This document shows, piece by piece, positions 7,100 through 12,379 of a stretch of DNA of 12,379 nt. The translations under genes and the position numbers were made by a program. The notes below the pieces were generated by a model. It saw nothing but the letters and a program-made list of their open reading frames with translations, had not been told where the DNA came from and searched no databases. The stretch lies in contig CAMTVK010000012.1 of the NCBI GenBank assembly GCA_947085185.1, positions 1 to 12,379 on the forward strand, read 5' to 3'. Positions within the stretch are counted from its first letter, which is position 1, and each line of letters starts with the position of its first letter. The stretch is from Candidatus Fraserbacteria bacterium. Lineage in GTDB: Bacteria; Bipolaricaulota; Bipolaricaulia; RBG-16-55-9; DRXL01.

Positions 7100-9067
7100 C
7101 TACGGACGCGCTGGCAACGGCCGATCTACTGGGGTGTTGGAGAGCCAATACGCGATCAGTTCTTGCATCGTCACAAGATCAATCTGCTTGCCGCCGGTGC
7201 CCGGCACAATGGACGGCTCGGAGATCGTAGACCATCCCGTAGCCAGCCACCAACTGACAGCTCGCTGAATCTGATAGAACGAGATCAGATTGTCATCTTT
7301 GGGGTCAATGCGCTCTTCTTCTGGGGGAATATCGGGTCGGGTGATATAGTGGGCCACGACGACTTTGATCGGCAGCCCTTCGACCAATTGGAACGAGCTT
7401 GTCCCTTCGGTGGGCGTTTGGATATCGGGGACTTTGCTGATGACAAACCCCGTCAGGGTCGGCGAATCAACCTCAACGGTCTCAGAGAGCTTGACTTCGT
7501 AGACGATCTTTTTGACAGTTCCGGCGGCTAAGCGCTCCGGGAAGATCCATTCGATCGTGGTGCCTCCTGGAGGGGGCGCTCGTAGGGTTCCCCCATGCGG
7601 CTTCCCTAGGACTTTTTCGGTGACATCTTCGACTTTCGTCGTCAGGTCTATGATGTCTTTGGGCCACTCCTCGCGGACGCCCAGCCCCAGCACATCGCGG
7701 TTGACGCGCACTTCTAGATATACTCTGATAAAAATCCCGCGCGGCAGTTGGCCGTTGAACGTGGGCACGTCTCGAGTAGCCACAGCGACGTTGATCACGG
7801 TAATAGTCACACTTGTGCTGCCCGTGCTTCCCTCGTTGTCGGTAACGGTGAGAGTCACTGTATAGGAGCCGGCTCTGCCGTAGGCATGGGTTGGGTTTTG
7901 ATCAGTGCTGGTGGTGCCGTCGCCAAAGTCCCATTGTCGTTTGATGATCTGCCCATCAGGGTCGGAAGACTGATCAGTGAAGACGATCGTCTCTTTGGCG
8001 GCAGGCTGCCACGTAGCTCGATCTATTCCCCAAATTTCAGGGTTGAACTCAAACTTCGCGATAGGAGAGGCGTTGACGACGTCGAGAGTGATGAACGGGA
8101 GATTGATGCGCGCGCGCTGCCCCAGGATGTTCGTGTACTCGACGGTGCTGGGGCTGCGATTAATGGGGAAGGACCCGAGCGCCGTCGAGCTGACCATGAC
8201 TTTCAAGATTACTATCTCTTCGTGGCGGATGGCGTCAACCTTCCACGTGAGCGTTTTGCTCCCATCGGCGAACTCTTGGATCTCGGGATTGCCCTCGGCT
8301 CTTTCGAACGTCACGCGGTTGGTGATCGTCACTTTGGCGACGATCCCTCGTGCGACGAACTCGCGTCGCAGTTGGCCTTGCAGAGCTGTGATGGTCTCAT
8401 CAGAGAAATTTTTCAGAAAGAGCCCATTCGTGAAGCGAGCTAATGACAGGAGCGTGCTGGAGCGTGCGGCTTCATCTGTTGTTGCGACGACGTGAATAGC
8501 AATCTGTTGATCACGGGCGCGTTGAGCCTGGGTGAGCACTGGGCCAAAATCAGCTCGATCTAATCCGGCGCGGGCGATTAGCCAGATCTGAATCTTACGC
8601 GCTTGGGGGCGGCCGCTCTCCGTAAGCTCTTTCGTAGCGAGGGCGACGGCATCAGCCAGCCCAGAAGCCCCCCCTGGAGTCAGCTCCGAGAATCTTTGGC
8701 GCACGATATTAAAATCTGGAGTCAAGGGGCTATCGAGTGTAGGCGGGGCCACGGAGACCAGCCCGACACGGTCATCGGGGCCAAGGAGATTGAGCAGGCG
8801 CTCGAAGAACGGGCGGGCTTCGTCGAGTTTGATCGTGCGATCTACGCCAATGATCACATCGAGGAGTTGGACGGGGAGGGAATCGCCGCGCAGGGTGAGC
8901 CTGACAGAGGCGATCTGGGGTTCGGCGAGCGTGCCCCGCCGATAGACGGGAACAGTCTCAACAGTAAACTCAGCAGTCAGCCCCGGCGGAGGGACCTGAG
9001 CGCTGCTCAACAGATTGAGCAGCCCCGCAAGAATCCCTACCAAGGCCAACGCACGACGCCCCTGCAT
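7100..9067 (-). CDS. Secreted multidomain surface protein: VWA + beta-sandwich + PKD + cohesin/DUF11-like domain + dockerin-like C-terminus
   Basis: Signal peptide (..LSSA|Q). VWA fold ~8370-8866 (LDVIIGVDRT, DDRVGLVSV, LADAVALATKEL..GRPQARKIQIWL, IAIHVV, LARFTNGLF). PKD ~7790-8074 (FTDQSSDPDGQI..RQWDFGDGTTSTDQNPTHAY..AGSYTVTLTVTDNEG). SD AAGGTGA. Confidence 0.85.
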   Translation of the reverse strand: MQGRRALALVGILAGLLNLLSSAQVPPPGLTAEFTVETVPVYRRGTLAEPQIASVRLTLRGDSLPVQLLDVIIGVDRTIKLDEARPFFERLLNLLGPDDRVGLVSVAPPTLDSPLTPDFNIVRQRFSELTPGGASGLADAVALATKELTESGRPQARKIQIWLIARAGLDRADFGPVLTQAQRARDQQIAIHVVATTDEAARSSTLLSLARFTNGLFLKNFSDETITALQGQLRREFVARGIVAKVTITNRVTFERAEGNPEIQEFADGSKTLTWKVDAIRHEEIVILKVMVSSTALGSFPINRSPSTVEYTNILGQRARINLPFITLDVVNASPIAKFEFNPEIWGIDRATWQPAAKETIVFTDQSSDPDGQIIKRQWDFGDGTTSTDQNPTHAYGRAGSYTVTLTVTDNEGSTGSTSVTITVINVAVATRDVPTFNGQLPRGIFIRVYLEVRVNRDVLGLGVREEWPKDIIDLTTKVEDVTEKVLGKPHGGTLRAPPPGGTTIEWIFPERLAAGTVKKIVYEVKLSETVEVDSPTLTGFVISKVPDIQTPTEGTSSFQLVEGLPIKVVVAHYITRPDIPPEEERIDPKDDNLISFYQIQRAVSWWLATGWSTISEPSIVPGTGGKQIDLVTMQELIAYWLSNTPVDRPLPARP

Positions 9068-9162
9068 AGCTGTTTCACCTTTTGCAAAACGACAACAGCT
9101 CCTGATCGCTTAGCTCTTATTATATGCGATCAATGCGGAGCGGAATGTCTTGAGCGTTACTC

Positions 9163-9822
9163 TCAGGAGCACTTGAGCTTGGCTGTGACTTGGCTAGCCG
9201 GCAGCGTGATCAGAAACTCAGCGAAGAAGATCTGCGACAAGGGGATGAGCGCGATCGTCTTGATCTCGACGGCCTGCGGGGCCACCCCAACGGTCCAGAG
9301 ATAGAACTGCACTTTGACGGCGTCGAAGTCCGCTTCAGCGCGAATGCGATACGTGTACCATTCGGGATAGAGCTTGGCCTTGGGAGTGAGATATTTATTG
9401 ATCAGCATTTTTGTAGCGGCCTCGCGCAGCTGCGGCGAGCTGCCGTAGATCGCTAATTGCTCCAGCTCTGGGATGGTCTTGGTGCGCAAGTCAATGCCGC
9501 CCACGACAGGGTTTTCGACAGTCGGCAGATTCCAACAAGCACTGATGACTTTCTCTTGCTTGGCTTCTTCGACGGCTTGGCGCAGCTCCTTGAACCCGCG
9601 CTCGCGCTCGATCTTCTGAATGAGTGGGTCTAAGTCGGACAGCGGACGCCCAATGAAGAGATACGCGGCGACGAGCGTGCGCGCCGCAGCCAGGCGATAC
9701 TCCGGGATGGCGTCTGTGGAGACCATCTCGATCAACCTGGGAATAGGCTTGGTGTCCGCCCAAGAAGTTACTGTTACTAAGAAGACCAAGCTCACCGTAA
9801 GAAGGAGCAGCCGTCGCATCAT
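9163..9822 (-). CDS. Secreted hypothetical protein with HEAT-like helical repeats
   Basis: Signal peptide MMRRLLLLTVSLVFLVTVTSWA|D; repeats LIEMVSTDAIPEYRLAAARTLVAAYL and LEQLAIYGSSPQLREAATKMLINKYL; SD GAGGTGA. Confidence 0.72.
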   Translation of the reverse strand: MMRRLLLLTVSLVFLVTVTSWADTKPIPRLIEMVSTDAIPEYRLAAARTLVAAYLFIGRPLSDLDPLIQKIERERGFKELRQAVEEAKQEKVISACWNLPTVENPVVGGIDLRTKTIPELEQLAIYGSSPQLREAATKMLINKYLTPKAKLYPEWYTYRIRAEADFDAVKVQFYLWTVGVAPQAVEIKTIALIPLSQIFFAEFLITLPASQVTAKLKCS

Positions 9823-9856
9823 GGTCTATCACCTCACAGTCGTGTTGTGCGAAAAC

Positions 9857-9885
9857 ATTCTAGCTCAAAGCGATACGAAGAACAA
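9857..9885 (-). promoter_or_regulatory. Putative sigma70 promoter for the envelope-gene block
   Basis: Minus strand TTGTTC-N17-TAGAAT starting right after the obg stop codon. Confidence 0.6.
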
Positions 9886-9886
9886 G

Positions 9887-11200
9887 CTATGGCGCAGAGG
9901 GCTCTTCTTCGTAGACCAGCTCATGCCCACCGAGCTGAATGACATCGCCGGGCTGGAGCCCTTGACGTCTCAGCTCGGCCATGACCCCTAAAGCTTCTAA
10001 ACGCTCATAGAGATACTCTTGGGCGTCGCGCTCTTCGAGAGACAGGCGCGCCAGCCGAGCGATGGCCCTCCCCGTGAGAACAAAAGCTGTCTCAGTGCGC
10101 TGCACGCTGAACTCCGGTTCGTCAGAGAGCCGATAGACGCGCCGGCTCGCCGCCGGCCGAGGCTCTGACTCGCTTCTTGTTGTCGGCTGAGATTGAACGC
10201 TCTTTAAGCGTTGGAGCTGCTGGGAGCACTCGTAGATCAAGTCTCGTGTCCCCTCACCGGTGATCGCTGAGACCAGGTGCAGCTTGATCCCATGCTCAGC
10301 AAAGCGCTTGTGGATCGCCTGGCGCTGTTCTTCCGTGAGCAAGTCTATCTTGTTGCCCACGACGATCTGGGGCTTTTGCGCCAGTGTCGGTGAGAACGAG
10401 GCGAGCTCGCGATTGATGACCGCGAAATCCCTCAGGGGATCACGATTATCTTCGAGAGGGGCCAAATCAATCAAGTGCACCAGGAGTCGGGTGCGTTCCA
10501 CGTGCTTGAGGAATCTATCTCCTAATCCCTTGCCTTCGTGCGCTCCTTCGATCAGGCCGGGAATGTCTACGATCACAAACTCATTGAACTCTTCGACGTG
10601 GACGACCCCCAGCGTAGGAGTAAGAGTTGTAAACGGGTAGGGGGCGACTTTCGGGCGTGCTGCCGAGATCTTCGCGATCAGACTCGATTTCCCTGCGTTG
10701 GGAAACCCGATGATGCCCACGTCGGCCAAGAGTTTGAGTTCCAATTTGAGCCAGCGTTCTTCGCCGGGGGCGCCCTTTTCGCGGATGCGTGGGGCCTGAC
10801 GGGTGGACGTCTTAAAGTGTGCGTTGCCGCGACCGCCTTCGCCGCCGCGCGCCACGAGGACTTCCTTGCCTGGCTCGTCCAAGTCGGCGAGCACCTCCCC
10901 AGTATGGAGAAGCTTGACGACTGTGCCCACCGGCACGCGGAGAATCAAATCATCGCCGTCGGCGCCGTGGCGTTCGTTCTTGCCGCCGGGCTGGCCGGAC
11001 TGAGCTTTAAAATGCACTTTGTGTCGAAATGCCAGCAGGGTATTCACGTGGGGATCGGCTCGCAGGATGACCGAGCCGCCGCGCCCACCGTCACCACCAT
11101 CGGGGCCGCCCTTGGGAATATACTTTTCGCGGCGAAACCCAATGATGCCATCGCCCCCGCGACCACCTACGACACAGATCTTCGCTTCATCAAGAAACAT
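9887..11200 (-). CDS. obgE: GTPase Obg/CgtA with C-terminal OCT (DUF1967-type) domain
   Basis: MFLDEAKI..GGRGGDG..FRREKYIPKGGPDGGDGGRGG; G1 GFPNAGKS, G2 YPFTT, G3 DIPG, G4 NKID, G5 SA; C-terminal LEALGVMAELRRQGLQPGDVIQLG. Confidence 0.98.
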   Translation of the reverse strand: MFLDEAKICVVGGRGGDGIIGFRREKYIPKGGPDGGDGGRGGSVILRADPHVNTLLAFRHKVHFKAQSGQPGGKNERHGADGDDLILRVPVGTVVKLLHTGEVLADLDEPGKEVLVARGGEGGRGNAHFKTSTRQAPRIREKGAPGEERWLKLELKLLADVGIIGFPNAGKSSLIAKISAARPKVAPYPFTTLTPTLGVVHVEEFNEFVIVDIPGLIEGAHEGKGLGDRFLKHVERTRLLVHLIDLAPLEDNRDPLRDFAVINRELASFSPTLAQKPQIVVGNKIDLLTEEQRQAIHKRFAEHGIKLHLVSAITGEGTRDLIYECSQQLQRLKSVQSQPTTRSESEPRPAASRRVYRLSDEPEFSVQRTETAFVLTGRAIARLARLSLEERDAQEYLYERLEALGVMAELRRQGLQPGDVIQLGGHELVYEEEPSAP

Positions 11201-11243
11201 AAGAAAACCACAGAGATCGCAGGACCCCCAGGCGCTCTGTGGT
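11201..11243 (-). terminator. Hairpin plus U-tract between rpmA and obg (putative intrinsic terminator/attenuator)
   Basis: Perfect 9-bp arms ACCACAGAG (11207-11215) / CTCTGTGGT (11235-11243), extendable by CGC/GCG past a 2-nt bulge. On the minus strand it is followed by TTTCTT and then the obg ATG. Confidence 0.55.
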
Positions 11244-11255
11244 CACTCAGAAAGA

Positions 11256-11528
11256 CTACTCAGCGCGGACGTGCACTAATCTTCCCTGAAAGACGATGCG
11301 CCCATCTCGCAGGGCAAAGAGCGTGTGATCGCGCCCGACGCCCACACCCTCGCCAGGACGAAACCGCGTCCCACGTTGACGCACAATGATGCTGCCCGTC
11401 CGCACGAACTCCCCACCATAGGCCTTCACGCCCAAACGCTTGGCTGTCGAATCGCGGCCGTTGCGCGAGCTGCCGCTGCTCGTCTTATGGGCAAAGAGCT
11501 GGAGATCAAATCTTCTAGACGTTGACAT
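11256..11528 (-). CDS. rpmA: 50S ribosomal protein bL27 with N-terminal Prp-cleavable extension
   Basis: [23 protein letters not shown]...[32 protein letters not shown], preceded by [20 protein letters not shown]. Confidence 0.97.
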   Translation of the reverse strand: MSTSRRFDLQLFAHKTSSGSSRNGRDSTAKRLGVKAYGGEFVRTGSIIVRQRGTRFRPGEGVGVGRDHTLFALRDGRIVFQGRLVHVRAE

Positions 11529-11859
11529 TGCCGACGACCTCCTCCACCCTCAGATATTCGGGGTACTCGCGCTCCATGGCGCGCAACCCCAGCACCATAG
11601 TCTCCAAGATCGCGTCAATCTCACGATTGAGAAAGATATCTCGCTCCAGTTGGCACGAGAGATACCCTTTCTCTTTTTCTATCTCTACTTTGGTCTTGAG
11701 CTTCAGATACTCTTCCAATCCCAAGACCGCCGTCTGCAAGATGGACGAGACGCCCGCGCAGACGAGGTCTTGTCCCGCCTCGGCGTATCCAGTGTGACCA
11801 TGACTGCGAAACTCGCAGATCTTGCCTTCAGCGTCTCGCAGGATCTCGACCGACGTCAT
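11515..11859 (-). CDS. prp: Ribosomal-processing cysteine protease Prp (YsxB/DUF464)
   Basis: [18 protein letters not shown] (catalytic His/Cys motif GHA..G.DIVCAAVS), [24 protein letters not shown]; located between rplU and rpmA. Confidence 0.95.
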   Translation of the reverse strand: MTSVEILRDAEGKICEFRSHGHTGYAEAGQDLVCAGVSSILQTAVLGLEEYLKLKTKVEIEKEKGYLSCQLERDIFLNREIDAILETMVLGLRAMEREYPEYLRVEEVVGNVNV

Positions 11860-12173
11860 ACGTGAATCTCCTTGATCACTGCTTCCATATAGGGCTGGCG
11901 GTGGCCGATCTTGCGGCGGCGACGCGTCTTGCGCTTGTATTTGAAGACGTCGAGCTTTGGCCCCCGAAAGCTCTTGGAGATCTCCGCCACTACCCGCGCC
12001 CCTTGGACATAGGGAGCCCCAAGCTGGACCCTTTCGCCGCCCACAAACAGAACGTTCTTGAACTCGACTTGAGTTCCTACTTCAACGCCCTTCAGCTTCT
12101 CAATGACGATGGCCTCCCCAGGGGAAACGCGATATTGCTTGCTGCCTGTTTCAATCACAGCATAGACTGACAT
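11856..12173 (-). CDS. rplU: 50S ribosomal protein bL21
   Basis: YAVIETGSKQYRVSPGE..IEKL...GAPYVQGARV...RGPKLDVFKYKRK..RRKIGHRQPY. Confidence 0.98.
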   Translation of the reverse strand: MSVYAVIETGSKQYRVSPGEAIVIEKLKGVEVGTQVEFKNVLFVGGERVQLGAPYVQGARVVAEISKSFRGPKLDVFKYKRKTRRRRKIGHRQPYMEAVIKEIHV

Positions 12174-12204
12174 AACGATACTCTACCATCCCTTCCAAGC
12201 TCAA

Positions 12205-12233
12205 ATTGTATCGAACGAGTGAGTCTCTTGCAA
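12205..12233 (-). promoter_or_regulatory. sigma70 promoter of the rplU operon
   Basis: Minus strand TTGCAA-N17-TACAAT ending 31 nt upstream of the rplU ATG. Confidence 0.72.
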
Positions 12234-12313
12234 GGGGGCGAGTTGACTCATTGAAACTGTTACCGAAAGGGTCATCGATTCCTCATAAACTTGGTTACCA
12301 AAAGGAGGAACCG

Positions 12314-12379
12314 ATGACCCAAGCCAGTATAGCCGAGCTGGTGGAGTCCTGGCGACCTAGGTATCTTCGCGCCAGCCGA
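12314..12379 (+). CDS. 5' fragment of a probable DDE/rve-type IS transposase (runs off window)
   Basis: Strong SD AAAGGAGG, then MTQASIAELVESWRPRYLRASR, resembling the 'EL..(I/W)RPRY.(K/R)AS(R/K).EK..ILDEF' N-terminus of integrase-core IS transposases. Only 22 codons are visible. Confidence 0.55.
   Translation, partial: MTQASIAELVESWRPRYLRASR

Noticed and set aside
9119..9150. TATAAT (minus strand) upstream of the VWA-PKD gene
   Set aside because: No credible -35 or extended -10 at proper spacing; possible but unsupported.
49..12170. Numerous plus-strand ORFs in the track (e.g. 1561-2214, 4211-4807, 7748-8443, 8603-9304, 10538-11389)
   Set aside because: Antisense shadows of well-supported minus-strand genes; no recognisable motifs; expected in GC-rich coding DNA.
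12174..12204. L21 leader RNA upstream of rplU
   Set aside because: The predicted 5' UTR is only ~25 nt with no evident stem-loop.
12338..12346. CTGGTGGAG, reverse complement of the tRNA 3' end (3979-3987), as a possible att site
   Set aside because: Only 9 nt, inverted rather than direct, inside an ORF, and it would bracket core ribosomal genes; consistent with chance.
1..12379. CRISPR array, tandem repeats or prophage genes
   Set aside because: No regularly spaced direct repeats or phage-like proteins seen on manual reading; intergenic gaps are all short.

Overview
Bacterial contig window, most likely metagenomic. Bases 1-33 are an untrimmed Illumina TruSeq adapter. On the minus strand, right to left: rplU-prp(ysxB)-rpmA-obg; a 5.8 kb block of five exported or membrane proteins; a LutB/LldF + CCG (LutA/GlcF-like) fusion oxidoreductase; then hrcA-grpE with its own sigma70 promoter and CIRCE operator. 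The five-gene block encodes a helical-repeat secreted protein, a VWA+PKD surface protein with a dockerin-like tail, a PorV/PorQ-like beta-barrel, a 2-TM membrane protein and a TSP3-motif lipoprotein. The plus strand has tRNA-Ala(CGC) and, at the right edge, the first 22 codons of a probable IS transposase. The best candidate for an undescribed system is the block at 3989-9822, possibly a surface-protein export/anchoring module built around a T9SS PorV-like barrel in a non-Bacteroidota diderm. The lineage (Bipolaricaulota/Acetothermia-like) is an inference only. All family assignments are by motif recognition; no searches were run.
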